The translations under genes were made by a program, and so were the position numbers. 64,000 bases of DNA from Armatimonadota bacterium. Lineage in GTDB: Bacteria > Armatimonadota > UBA5829 > DSUL01. The stretch is from the NCBI GenBank assembly GCA_039811685.1, contig JBDHZC010000006.1, forward strand, positions 64,001-128,000, written 5' to 3'. Below the pieces are notes generated by a model. That model made no database searches. It saw only the letters and a program-made list of their open reading frames with translations, and was not told the DNA's origin. Shown one piece after another: positions 8,998-19,197 of this stretch. Position 1 is the first letter of the stretch. The number at the start of each line of letters is the position of its first letter.

Positions 8998-10208
8998 TTC
9001 ACGCGGGTATGGCAAGTGATCTCCTCCACATGCTCCAGCGCCTGCATGCTGATTGCGTCTTCAAGGCAGATGCGCGCGCACAGCCCGCAACGGGTGCATT
9101 TGCTGTCGTCCTTCAGTAGCACGGCCACGTGTCCCGCGCCCGCCCGCACCTGAGCGCCAGGCACCATGGCAATTACCTGCTCCGGGCAAATCTCCACGCA
9201 AAGGCCACACATCGTGCAAGCGTCAGCGTCGAAGACAGTATTGATGTCACAACGAAGACAGCGCGCTCCCTGTTGCTGCGCGACAACTTCCGGATAGCTG
9301 AGCATGACTTCGACTGGTTCTGTCATCCGTTCAGGCTTCTGGCGCGGGTACACATCCCAGTTCACCGGCATCCTGTAGGCGGGTAGCGGAATGGGGGTAA
9401 GGGCCCGACAGGTGCGCTCTTCCAGCGTCTGCGCTGTGAGGTGTTCGTGAACCTGACGCGCTACCTGCTGCGCGTTTGCCATAGCATAAATGAAGGGCTC
9501 TGGGCCAATCGCGGCATTCCCCGCAACAAACGTACTCGGCGCATCCACGTGTGGTCCTGGATGTCCGGACGCCAGGACAGCAGCGTCAAACTGAGACTCA
9601 AGCTCGCCCAGAGCTTCCCGGCCGATTTTCTGCGCCAGACGAAGCTCGACACCGAGAAGGCCAATGGCGTCAACCTCCGCCTGAAGGACTGCGGCAGGGA
9701 GAACAGACTCAGGCATAGCACACAGCTGTCCGCCAGCCCGGTTTTTCTCTTCAAACACAACGCAGCGATATCCGAGGCGCGCCAGGTCGTGGGACAGCGT
9801 TAGCCCGGCTGGCCCAGCGCCTACGACAGCTACACTCATGCCGTTTGGCTCCGGATGGGCCGATCCGGACGCGGTAGACAGCTCCAGCCCGTAGTGAGAG
9901 TCCACTAAAGCCTCTGGCCCAAGCTGTTGACAGACAAACGTCTTCAAGTCCCGAATAGAGACAGGAGCGTCAATATTCCGGCGATTGCAGGCATCCTCAC
10001 AGGGCGCAGAACATGCGCGACCGCAGACACTGGCGAGCGGATTGCGCGCCCGGGCAATTCGATAGGCATCCAGGTAGCGCCCCTCGCTGATGGCCACAAC
10101 GTAGCCGCGCGCATCGGTCCCCAGCGGACACGCCACCCGGCACGCGACATTGTGGGAATAATAATCCAAATCCGGCTTGCGCGTTTTGAACTGTTGAGAC
10201 TCTGCCAT
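8994..10208 (-). CDS. GltD/NfnB-like FAD Fe-S oxidoreductase with C-terminal 2x[4Fe-4S], internally shortened
   Basis: CRVACP, NPLASVCGRACSAPCEDAC, VVGAGPAG, RCLRCD, CTMCGLCVEICP, CTRCGLCARIC; GAGGGAG RBS before ATG 10208. Confidence 0.85.
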   Translation of the reverse strand: MAESQQFKTRKPDLDYYSHNVACRVACPLGTDARGYVVAISEGRYLDAYRIARARNPLASVCGRACSAPCEDACNRRNIDAPVSIRDLKTFVCQQLGPEALVDSHYGLELSTASGSAHPEPNGMSVAVVGAGPAGLTLSHDLARLGYRCVVFEEKNRAGGQLCAMPESVLPAAVLQAEVDAIGLLGVELRLAQKIGREALGELESQFDAAVLASGHPGPHVDAPSTFVAGNAAIGPEPFIYAMANAQQVARQVHEHLTAQTLEERTCRALTPIPLPAYRMPVNWDVYPRQKPERMTEPVEVMLSYPEVVAQQQGARCLRCDINTVFDADACTMCGLCVEICPEQVIAMVPGAQVRAGAGHVAVLLKDDSKCTRCGLCARICLEDAISMQALEHVEEITCHTRVK

Positions 10209-10459
10209 AGCTCCCTCTGCCAGAAGCGTCATCGTACTGAACCTGATTCCACGCGGGGACCTAACGACGCTCCATCGCTTTACCCCCATCCGCGGCTACC
10301 GTGCCGAGCAGATCATAGGCTGGTTTACTACGCACGGCAAGAGCTTCTGCGCCGATTACCAGACAGGCTCCACTCCTCGAGGAGCTGCAGGAACGCGAAG
10401 AAAGCATGCGCGGCGCACTCCAGGGGAAGTTTGCGGTAATCACGGGCGGCGCTGGCGCC

Positions 10460-12622
10460 CTAGAACTTCATCCCGAGCTTCATTTCGGCTTCGTATCTCC
10501 GTCTCTGTTCGGCAGCCGCCTCGTCATCGATGCGAGACCCGCTAAGAGACAGATTGAAGTCGCTGCCAAGGTTGCGCGTGACGCCGAGACTGATGCGCCG
10601 GGACGACACGCCCGCGCTCTCCTGCGTCTCGCTGTACTCATAGCCGCCGGTCAGTTGCGTAGCCCGCGCCACTGCGACACCCAGTCCCAGCCGCGTCTGG
10701 AACCACTGCCGCCCGATGGCGTACTCGTCTTTGTAGGAGTAGTCGCCCGTCAGCGCCAGAATTCCGAATGTTGACTTCAGACCGAGCGAGCGGCTGGAGT
10801 ACTGCTGCGGGTTTCCCTTGCTGTCTTCTGGGTTATCCGCCAGAGCCGCAGTCAGCCCGAGATACTTCCAGGGCTCCAGAGTGAAGCTGAGCATCGTGGT
10901 GTCGATGCTGTAGTCTCCGGCGTCCCGGGTCTTGTAGCCGCCTGCAATGTTGAAATAGTCGAGAGGTTTGGCGGAGGCATTGATATCCTTCACCGCCAGT
11001 GTATTATCGTCGGAGTCCGAAAACGCATACCCACCGGATAGTTTCAGGGTCTTGTAAGGCTGGGCATCCAGACGGATGTCGTGCGTGCGAAAGCCTGCGC
11101 TTGCCTGCCGGTCAGTGATGCCGGCGGAAAGCTTCCAGCGGTCGCTGGCAGCAGTCGCGACACGCAGCCCGGCGCTGTTGTCTGCTCCGCCGAGATCGCT
11201 TCCTCGTCCAGCGAAGTTCGCCTGCAGTTCGACAACCTTGAGAGGCCTGGCTTTGACTCCAATATCAACCGCCGTAGTGTCCTCACCTGACTGTACAGTG
11301 TTGGCCTGGAAAGCCGCCGTTAACGCAACGTCCTTGAGTGGCGCGGCGCTGAGGCCCACATTCAACGCGCTGGCGGATCCGGTGGCCTCGGAGTCCGTGA
11401 GCTTCATCCCCGCATTGACAGCCACATCCTTCAGGAGGCTTGTATTCAGCGTCACCTGTTGCGTAGTCGTGCGGCTGAGCGCATCCTGTGGACCCTGAAG
11501 CGTATCCGTCCATACAAACTGTGTGCTGGTTTTCTGGCCGATGGCGGAGGCCAGCTTGAACTCGTTGACCTGCACGTCAGTGACCCCGCTGCCGGTCTGC
11601 GTCGCCGTAGCGGTGCGAGTAAACAGAAAAGCTGTTCCGGGCGCAACGTTGTAGCCAAGCGTGTTGTTGAGCGTTGTCACTGTCTTGGCGCCCCCGGAAA
11701 AATCCCTGCGGTCATAAGACGATCCCAGCGACAGGCGAGAGCCTTCCGGCTTCCACGCGAGCGCCAGATTTTGCTGCCCTTCACCGCCCTTGAAGCCGTA
11801 GTCCTTGGCTGCGGAGAAGGCCTGCCCCGCGCTGACGTATGAGCCCGTGATGCTGAGATCGCCAATCTGCGTCGTGCCGCCAAACCTGGCCGCCGCGCGC
11901 TGCCAGAGACTGCCAGAGTTGGCGGCGCCTCCCTGATCCATATACACGGAAGAGGCAAAGCTGGTGTTGGCGCCAAGCTGGGTCTTGCCCTGAAAGCCCA
12001 GAATGGCGTCTGCAGCATTTGGATCTGTGGCGCTCTGGCGATAGAGAGCACTCATCTGTAAGCTGGAGGAGCCCGAAGAATAAAGATTCAGGGCGAGCGG
12101 AAGGGCAAATCCACTACCACTGCGTACAGAAGTTGCGGGGTCGAGGCCGTACTCCACCTTGGCCATACTGCTGGCGCCCAGAGGCGAGGTGAACGCGATA
12201 GTCCCGGAAGCGGGGTCCAGATTGTAGTCAACTCCGCGCAGACCCGGACGGCCGTCAATCAAAACCGTCTCACGTCCCGGAACGATACCTTTCCACGAGA
12301 GTCTGAACGGACCACGAGAGCCATTGCCGGAAATGACATCCCTCGCAAAACCGCGCTCCAGATCGGAGGAGCCAGCGGCGCTGAGGGTGGTTCCACCAGG
12401 AGAAATCTGTGCCGCACGGCCCACCCCTGACTCGCTGAAGCTCTGCGATGCAAATCCTGCCTTGACGGCAGGCAGCCAGACGGCCGGCAGGCACAGACAC
12501 AGACAAATGGCCTTCCGGCTTAGCGCCGGCAGACCACTGAAGCGCGCGCCCGGTTTTGCTCCAGTCACATGCATCTTTGACTCCGTACTATGAGACGCCC
12601 GAAGACGCATAATGTTTCCCAT
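10460..12622 (-). CDS. Putative outer-membrane beta-barrel protein
   Basis: Hydrophobic leader, alternating amphipathic strands, C-terminal YEAEMKLGMKF ending in Phe. Confidence 0.7.
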   Translation of the reverse strand: MGNIMRLRASHSTESKMHVTGAKPGARFSGLPALSRKAICLCLCLPAVWLPAVKAGFASQSFSESGVGRAAQISPGGTTLSAAGSSDLERGFARDVISGNGSRGPFRLSWKGIVPGRETVLIDGRPGLRGVDYNLDPASGTIAFTSPLGASSMAKVEYGLDPATSVRSGSGFALPLALNLYSSGSSSLQMSALYRQSATDPNAADAILGFQGKTQLGANTSFASSVYMDQGGAANSGSLWQRAAARFGGTTQIGDLSITGSYVSAGQAFSAAKDYGFKGGEGQQNLALAWKPEGSRLSLGSSYDRRDFSGGAKTVTTLNNTLGYNVAPGTAFLFTRTATATQTGSGVTDVQVNEFKLASAIGQKTSTQFVWTDTLQGPQDALSRTTTQQVTLNTSLLKDVAVNAGMKLTDSEATGSASALNVGLSAAPLKDVALTAAFQANTVQSGEDTTAVDIGVKARPLKVVELQANFAGRGSDLGGADNSAGLRVATAASDRWKLSAGITDRQASAGFRTHDIRLDAQPYKTLKLSGGYAFSDSDDNTLAVKDINASAKPLDYFNIAGGYKTRDAGDYSIDTTMLSFTLEPWKYLGLTAALADNPEDSKGNPQQYSSRSLGLKSTFGILALTGDYSYKDEYAIGRQWFQTRLGLGVAVARATQLTGGYEYSETQESAGVSSRRISLGVTRNLGSDFNLSLSGSRIDDEAAAEQRRRYEAEMKLGMKF

Positions 12623-12716
12623 GGCCTCCTTCCTGTGAAAGACTTCGGCTGCACACCGATGCGCACTTTGCCCTGCCGCGTAGATATGTTACACTGAAGC
12701 TGGAGAGGAATGTAAT

Positions 12717-15176
12717 ATGATTCGACTCTACCCTCTGATACTGGCCCTTGCAGGGGTATTGTGGTCTGCGCCCGCTCACGCGCTTCTTGTGTGTCTGGAC
12801 GCCGGCGCCCCGATCAACGAAAGCACTGGCCAGATTCAACTCAACGCGGCAGCGCTGAAGGCTACCGGCACGCAGTACGTTCGCGTAAACTTTATTCTAG
12901 GACCGTGGAGCAATCCCAATGACGCCACCAAACGCGGCCCGCAGAATATGAGCTGGAAGCAAACTTACGACCAGATCATCCACAGCCTGACTTCTCAGGG
13001 GATTGAGGTGTACGCTCTGATAGGTGCGCAGGCTGTCCACAGCTCGGCAGGCGGCAACTACAACAGCGATCAATGGGTCAATGACTACGTAGCAAACTTC
13101 ACCACCATCGTTGGCCAATTCAAAGATCGCGTGCGGGTTTACGAGTCTTTCAATGAACCCAACGACTGGGCCGGCGGCACAACCGCCCAGGTGCAGCCAT
13201 TCTGGTTTGCAAAGATGCTGCAAAACATCTACCTTTCGGTGAAGATCAATAACGGGCACCAGAGTGACCAGAGCTGGCAGGTAACGCTGGTGAGTGGGCC
13301 TGGCTTCAGCCACGACATGGACACCGTCGCCACTTACATGCAGCAGACCTACCAGGCGGGTATCAACCAGCTTTCGTGGACGTCAGTCAAGAACAGCTAC
13401 GGAACGTATCCGTTGGACGGCATCGGCTATCACATCTATGTCGCTCAGGGATCAACAGACACAACCACAGTCCGCAACGCTGTCAACAAGAACCTCAACG
13501 CAATCTGGAGTACAGTCAAGAGCTTTGAGGGGTCCAACACGCCTAAGAAGCTCTGGGTATCGGAGTGGAGCTGGAACACGGCATCGGTTTCAGAGAGTGG
13601 GCAGGCCAGCAATCTGACGACTGTGTTCAATCTGTTCAAAAGCGACGCACGCGTCGCGCTGGCGAGCTGGTTTCAGATTACGGACTTTGGGGCCTCCGAC
13701 AAGTGGGGGCTCTTTCGGGCGGGCGGCCTCACTGAGGCTAACAAGAAGCCGTCCTGGCAGGCCTTCCACGATTTTGCGGGGGCGCAGAACACTCCCGGCT
13801 CCATTACAGGCACAGTGCGTGACACACTGGGCAATTACCTGCAGGGTGTACAAGTAACCGCTTCGCCGGGCGCTTTCTCTACTACGACAGCGGCAGACGG
13901 AAGTTATACTTTATCTAATATACCTGTGGGAACTTATACTGTAGCTGCACAGAAGTTTGGCTACCGCCCTGGCAGTCAAGCGGTGAATGTGACATCGGGC
14001 ACAGCGGCAACGACCTCTTTTGTCCTGGGGTTACCAGCTACAGTCACATCTCCGGCCGGCGCAAAGCAGAGAACGGATGGGAGCTTCGTCAGACTGGACA
14101 ACGCAGTCGTGACCGCAAACTTTGCCGGAGACCGCATCTATATCGAGGCGGCCGATCGGTCCAGCGGCATCGGAGTAACCGGCGCGCAGGCGGCAGTGGG
14201 AGACCGCGTGAACGTGACGGGTACGATGGTAAGTGCCGACGGAGAGCGTGTGTTCACATCGGCCGGCGTTCAAGTGGTTGCCTCAGGCCAGCCTGTCCCT
14301 TTTCCGCTGTCTATGCGCAACTCCACCCTTGGGGGTGAATCATTTGCGGCTCAGGGAGGTGTTGTGGATAATGCGACCACCAATCCTGCCACTCCGGGCA
14401 TTGGGCGCAACAATGTGGGACTTCTGGTTACAACATGGGGAAACGTCACGTTTGTTGACGGTCCGGGTGCGTGGTTTTACATTGACGACGGCTCAGGGCT
14501 GAAAGACGGGTCTGGCCATGTCGGTGTACGGGTCGCGGCTTCCGGGCTCACTTTGCCCGCCGAAGGGAACCTGGTGCGCATCACAGGTATCAGCGGAGTG
14601 ACGCGGATTGGCTCCAACAATGCCAGAATTGTGAGGGCGCGGCAGCAGAGCGATATTGTAAGGCTCTACCCTCAAACGCTGGAGCCAATCGTCGGCAACG
14701 CCAGTTTTGAGGATGGAGCGCTTGCGCCCTGGAGCGCCTGCGGGTCAACGGATAACATTATTACGGGGACGTGGTTTGGTGGAATCACGGCGCACTCTGG
14801 CAATGCCTTCGCCGGCACGGCCACGAACGGAGGAGTGCGGTCCGGTGGCTACTACCAGACGGTGGCTGTGGAGCCGGGCACGTCCTGTGTGGCCAAAGTC
14901 TGGAGCGCGGTATTTCGAGCTGCCAATTCCACCACATCCACGCTGTCGCGTATCGGGATTGACCCGAGTGGCGGAACGAATCCCGCTTCAGCGAACATCG
15001 CCTGGTCCGCCTGGGACATGCAGAGCGCAGACTACACCTTCGTCTGGCGGCAACTCCAAACACCTGCGGTTACCTCGATTTCTTCTACTGTGACTATCTT
15101 TCTGGACTTTCAGCAAAGCGAAAGCGCGGGCTGGCATGTCAACTGCTTCGACGACGCAACGCTTGAGGTCCACTGA
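12717..15176 (+). CDS. Secreted clan GH-A-like glycoside hydrolase + carboxypeptidase-regulatory-like domain + shared domain + CBM-like domain
   Basis: Signal peptide; FNEPN acid/base, GYHIY, LWVSEW nucleophile; GNASFEDG...FDD jelly-roll tail. Confidence 0.8.
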   Translation: MIRLYPLILALAGVLWSAPAHALLVCLDAGAPINESTGQIQLNAAALKATGTQYVRVNFILGPWSNPNDATKRGPQNMSWKQTYDQIIHSLTSQGIEVYALIGAQAVHSSAGGNYNSDQWVNDYVANFTTIVGQFKDRVRVYESFNEPNDWAGGTTAQVQPFWFAKMLQNIYLSVKINNGHQSDQSWQVTLVSGPGFSHDMDTVATYMQQTYQAGINQLSWTSVKNSYGTYPLDGIGYHIYVAQGSTDTTTVRNAVNKNLNAIWSTVKSFEGSNTPKKLWVSEWSWNTASVSESGQASNLTTVFNLFKSDARVALASWFQITDFGASDKWGLFRAGGLTEANKKPSWQAFHDFAGAQNTPGSITGTVRDTLGNYLQGVQVTASPGAFSTTTAADGSYTLSNIPVGTYTVAAQKFGYRPGSQAVNVTSGTAATTSFVLGLPATVTSPAGAKQRTDGSFVRLDNAVVTANFAGDRIYIEAADRSSGIGVTGAQAAVGDRVNVTGTMVSADGERVFTSAGVQVVASGQPVPFPLSMRNSTLGGESFAAQGGVVDNATTNPATPGIGRNNVGLLVTTWGNVTFVDGPGAWFYIDDGSGLKDGSGHVGVRVAASGLTLPAEGNLVRITGISGVTRIGSNNARIVRARQQSDIVRLYPQTLEPIVGNASFEDGALAPWSACGSTDNIITGTWFGGITAHSGNAFAGTATNGGVRSGGYYQTVAVEPGTSCVAKVWSAVFRAANSTTSTLSRIGIDPSGGTNPASANIAWSAWDMQSADYTFVWRQLQTPAVTSISSTVTIFLDFQQSESAGWHVNCFDDATLEVH

Positions 15177-15314
15177 AAAATTCTTTCTACAAAAAACCAG
15201 TATTGCAAGTGATTGACAGCAACGGTCTCAAGTGGTAGCCTTGATTGATAATGCGGGAGGAGCCGGGGGATGGATCACATGTCCGAGCACGCCCCGCAAA
15301 GAAAGGGAGAAACG

Positions 15315-16079
15315 ATGAAAGCTTCTTTTAGCCTTCTGGTCCTGGCTGCGACTGCTGTGTGCGCTAACGCAGCGCCAGTCGTAACCACCACCCAGGGTAA
15401 TGACGGCGATCTGGCAAAAAGCCCCAGCGCGATTGATCTGATTGAAGGCAAGATTGCGACAGAGCTGCCCGGAGACAAGGGATGGCATCCAGCCAATAGC
15501 GACCCACTGGATAAGTTGCCAGCGTTCACTGACGGTCAGGGAATGCGCGCAACCGGTCTGACCGGTTTGCTGAACGACTTTCCAGGCCCGGGCACACCGA
15601 CCAAACTTATTCAGTACGATCTGAACTCTCCCACAGACATCTGGGAGATTGACGTGTTCTCTGGCAACAACGGCAGAGACGGCCGCGTGTTTCACACTTA
15701 TACGGTGGCCTTCTCAACAGACGGCGCCAATTACAGCAATCCGATCTACGTGCAGTCGCATCCCTCTGGCACTCTCAACAACGCGAACAACAATCAGTGG
15801 GCGAGAGTGTTGACGCAGCTCACGGATAGCGCCGGCCCGCTGGCGACTGGTGTCACCAACCTGCGCTTCAGCTTCTACGCAGTGGACAACACTCAGGGAC
15901 AGATGCGGGATCCGTTTGACGGTGTTAACCCGTTTACAGGTATTGACGACGGACTGGGCGCACCGATCTCATCTCCATTGATTCTCGAGATTGATGTGGT
16001 TCCGGAGCCGGCTTCCGTAGCCGCGATGGCCCTTGGGCTGACCGGATTTGCCGCGACCTTCCGCCGACGGCGCGCGTAA
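15315..16079 (+). CDS. PEP-CTERM protein
   Basis: AAGGGAG RBS, signal peptide, C-terminal VVPEPASVAAMALGLTGFAATFRRRRA. Confidence 0.93.
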   Translation: MKASFSLLVLAATAVCANAAPVVTTTQGNDGDLAKSPSAIDLIEGKIATELPGDKGWHPANSDPLDKLPAFTDGQGMRATGLTGLLNDFPGPGTPTKLIQYDLNSPTDIWEIDVFSGNNGRDGRVFHTYTVAFSTDGANYSNPIYVQSHPSGTLNNANNNQWARVLTQLTDSAGPLATGVTNLRFSFYAVDNTQGQMRDPFDGVNPFTGIDDGLGAPISSPLILEIDVVPEPASVAAMALGLTGFAATFRRRRA

Positions 16080-16850
16080 ATCCAGCGTTCAAGTCATGGG
16101 AAGCGCAGTGCCCACTCTGCGCTTCCCCTGCCGAAAGGAACAATCGATGAAAGGCTATTTTCTGCCGCTTGCTGCCGCTGTGCTGGCAGTATCTCTGAGT
16201 GCCCCCGGGATCACTGCACCCGTTGTCGTGACGACGCAGGGTGAGCTGGGCGATCTGGCAGCCGCCTACAGCACCACTGATCTGATCGAGGGAATGATCG
16301 CAACCGAGCTGCCTGGCGACAAAGGTTGGCATCCTGCCAACGCCGACCCCTTGGACAAGCTGCCGGCTTTCACTGACGGACAGGGCATGCGGCCAAGCGG
16401 CCTTACGGGCCTTCTGAACGATTTCCCAGGCGCGGGCACACCGACAAAGCTGATTCAATATCAGTTTGACAGCCCAAAAGACATTGACGAGATTCGTGTT
16501 TTCAGCGGGAACAAGAATAATACTGACGGACGTGTTTTTCACACTTACACTGCAGAGTTCTCACCCAACGGGATAGACTTCACGCCGCCGATCTATGTCC
16601 AGTCGCATCCCTCTGGCACTATTAACAATGACGCCGGAATATTCAACCACTGGCACAACGCGTTGACGCAGTTGACGGACGATTCCGGAAAAGTTGCTTA
16701 TGGCGTGCGCTATTTGCGACTCAAATTCTATTCCGTTGACAACACCGGTGGTCAGATGCGCGATCCGTTTGACGGCGAGAACCCGTTTACCGGTACGGAT
16801 GATGGATTGAGCGCAGGCTTTGTCTCTCCGTTGATTCTGGAGATCGACGT
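15375..16850 (+). repeat. Tandem duplication of a ~210-codon domain (about 15375-16000 and 16218-16850)
   Basis: Long identical peptide runs with mostly third-position DNA differences. Confidence 0.9.
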
Positions 16851-17493
16851 GTTCGGCGCCAACAGTGTTGCGCAGCCAGTTGCCACTATTGGCGAAGCGC
16901 GCGCAAAGCCGCTGGGGATGCTGGTTTCACTGAGTGACAAGGTTGTCACCAAGAGCGCTACAACCGAGTTCTTTATGGAAGAGGCGAACCGCAGCGCCGG
17001 AATCAGAGTAGTTTCTGCAGAGAACCCACCGGCAAACCAGAAGGTGTCGATCACGGGACAGATTGTAACCTCGTCCACCAACGGCGAGAAGTATCTGGAA
17101 GCCACGGGACAGCCTGCCACTGTTGGGGCGGCTGCGACAGTTGGCCCACTCGATATGCGAAACGGCGTCATCGGAGGTCAATCCGCAACTGGTAGCGCAG
17201 GGCTGGCGACAGATGGTCTTCTGGTCACGACATGGGGCAAAGTCACCGGCATTGATATTGGCAACAGCGTCGTGTACATTGACGATGGCAGCAATGCAGC
17301 CAACGATACGCCGGTCGGAACTTTAGGCGAGCAGGTCGCGGGGCTTAAGGTCGGTCCTGGTGATGTGTTCAGCCTCCTGCCGGGTCAGTATGTCGGTGTG
17401 ACGGGGATTTCCCGTCTGGACGCCGGCGGCCTCGGCATTATCCGACGCGTAGAGCCGCTGGACTTTGGCTCTTCTATAGTGAGTCTCGACTGA
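16147..17493 (+). CDS. Secreted paralog of the upstream PEP-CTERM protein ending in the shared C-terminal domain
   Basis: AAGGA RBS; N-terminal domain nearly identical to upstream gene (IATELPGDKGWHPAN.DPLDKLPAFTDGQGMR). Confidence 0.9.
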   Translation: MKGYFLPLAAAVLAVSLSAPGITAPVVVTTQGELGDLAAAYSTTDLIEGMIATELPGDKGWHPANADPLDKLPAFTDGQGMRPSGLTGLLNDFPGAGTPTKLIQYQFDSPKDIDEIRVFSGNKNNTDGRVFHTYTAEFSPNGIDFTPPIYVQSHPSGTINNDAGIFNHWHNALTQLTDDSGKVAYGVRYLRLKFYSVDNTGGQMRDPFDGENPFTGTDDGLSAGFVSPLILEIDVFGANSVAQPVATIGEARAKPLGMLVSLSDKVVTKSATTEFFMEEANRSAGIRVVSAENPPANQKVSITGQIVTSSTNGEKYLEATGQPATVGAAATVGPLDMRNGVIGGQSATGSAGLATDGLLVTTWGKVTGIDIGNSVVYIDDGSNAANDTPVGTLGEQVAGLKVGPGDVFSLLPGQYVGVTGISRLDAGGLGIIRRVEPLDFGSSIVSLD

Positions 17494-17519
17494 ACTATTC
17501 CTGAGCCGCTTTTCCTGCT

Positions 17520-17550
17520 GAGCCGGAGTAAACCTCCGGCTCTTTTTTTT
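17520..17550 (+). terminator. Intrinsic terminator
   Basis: GAGCCGGAG-TAAAC-CTCCGGCTC-T8. Confidence 0.85.
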
Positions 17551-17627
17551 GTACCGATGTTAAGGACTTCTTCAGAACGCCCGTCATACTCAGCAGAAGG
17601 CCTTCGAGACAACAGCAAAACAGGATA

Positions 17628-18047
17628 ATGAGGAGTATGAAAAATAGAACACTGGCTCTCTTAGCCACAGCCTTTGTGCTGATAACCTCCGTGGGAGTCT
17701 GGGCAGCGGACACTCACCCGAAAACTCAGAACGGGCGACTCGATCCGCAGGCAAGACACCGCGCCATAGGCTGTCTGCAGAAAGCCGCAGACGCCGCCGG
17801 CGTAACTCCGGAGCAGAAGGCTCAGATTAAACAGATCAACGACAAGTTCCGGGCGGACGTGAAGGCCTTGCGCCAATCTGACCTGCCTCAGGACCAGAAA
17901 CGCGCAAAGTTGCGCGAGTTGAGGATCGCGCACCGCGAGGAGATCAAGAAGGTTTTGACTACACAGCAACTGACGGCGATCAAGAAGTACATGAAAGAGA
18001 ACTGTCCGCGAACTGGCGACGCTGCCCGACAAGGCAAAAAGGCATAG
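17628..18047 (+). CDS. Spy/CpxP-like periplasmic helical protein
   Basis: Signal peptide; VTPEQKAQI and VLTTQQ (LTxxQ) motifs. Confidence 0.7.
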   Translation: MRSMKNRTLALLATAFVLITSVGVWAADTHPKTQNGRLDPQARHRAIGCLQKAADAAGVTPEQKAQIKQINDKFRADVKALRQSDLPQDQKRAKLRELRIAHREEIKKVLTTQQLTAIKKYMKENCPRTGDAARQGKKA

Positions 18048-18092
18048 CGCCAAATCTGACCAAACTTACATCTGACCCACACACGCACTCAA

Positions 18093-18125
18093 AGGTCCCG
18101 CCTTTCACAGGCGGGACCTCTTTTT
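18093..18125 (+). terminator. Intrinsic terminator
   Basis: AGGTCCCGCCT-TTCAC-AGGCGGGACCT-CTTTTT. Confidence 0.8.
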
Positions 18126-18225
18126 GTCAAAGGCAGGCAGGAGTTGACAGGCACTCCTGCAATCAGACAACCTCTTCGCACGAGATTCCTTTCAGTTTGA
18201 ACAAGGGGTGCGAAAGAAAATGGAT

Positions 18226-19197
18226 ATGCAGTACACACAACTTGGCCGATCCGGGCTGAAGGTCAGCCGCTTCTGCCTGGGCACAATGAACTTTGGCCCT
18301 GTCACCAGTGAGGCCGACAGCCACAGGATTATGGATCGCGCACTGGAGCACGGTATCAATTTCTTTGATACCGCCAACGTCTACGGCTGGGCGCTGGGGG
18401 AAGGCATTACGGAGCAGATCATCGGACGCTGGTTCGCAAAAGGTGGCGGCCGGCGCGAGAAAACTGTGATTGCAACCAAGCTCTACAACGAGATGGGAAA
18501 CTGGCCGAACGAATCCCGCGTGTCCGCCCTGCACATCCGCCACGCCTGCGAAGGCAGTCTGAAGCGCCTGCAGACTGACTATATCGACCTTTACCAGATG
18601 CACCATATCGCCCGTGAGTGCCCCTGGGAAGAGGTCTGGCAGGCATTTGAAAAGCTTTACAACGACGGCAAAATCCTGTATGCAGGCGCCAGCAACTTTG
18701 CTGGCTGGCACATTGCCAAGGCACAGGAGGAAGCGCGCAAACGCAACTTCATGGGCCTGGTCTCGGAACAAAGCCTTTACAACTTGAAGGCGCGTACGGT
18801 GGAGTTGGAAGTGCTGCCAGCCTGCCAGGACTACGGCCTGGGTGTGATCCCGTGGAGTCCGCTCGGCAGCGGGCTTTTGGGCGGGGCTTTGAAGAAAGCA
18901 AGCGAGGGCCGGCGCGCTCAGGAAGGCGTGCAGCAGACCATTGAAGCTCACCGTCCCCAGCTTGAGAAGTATGAAAAGCTCTGCGCGGACATTGACGCAG
19001 AGCCCGCCAATGTGGCGCTGTCGTGGCTCCTGCATCAGCCCGCTGTGACTGCGCCCATCATCGGCCCGAGAACTCTGGGGCAATTGGACAACACTCTTCG
19101 CGCGCTTGAGGTCAAACTGAGCGAAGAGACGCTCAAGAAGCTGGACGATATCTGGCCGGGACCGGGAGGAGCTGCCCCTGAGGCCTACGCCTGGTAG
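18226..19197 (+). CDS. Aldo/keto reductase
   Basis: LGRSGLKVSRFCLGTMNFG, FDTANVYG, IATK, SLKRLQTDYIDLYQMH, PWSPL. Confidence 0.95.
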   Translation: MQYTQLGRSGLKVSRFCLGTMNFGPVTSEADSHRIMDRALEHGINFFDTANVYGWALGEGITEQIIGRWFAKGGGRREKTVIATKLYNEMGNWPNESRVSALHIRHACEGSLKRLQTDYIDLYQMHHIARECPWEEVWQAFEKLYNDGKILYAGASNFAGWHIAKAQEEARKRNFMGLVSEQSLYNLKARTVELEVLPACQDYGLGVIPWSPLGSGLLGGALKKASEGRRAQEGVQQTIEAHRPQLEKYEKLCADIDAEPANVALSWLLHQPAVTAPIIGPRTLGQLDNTLRALEVKLSEETLKKLDDIWPGPGGAAPEAYAW

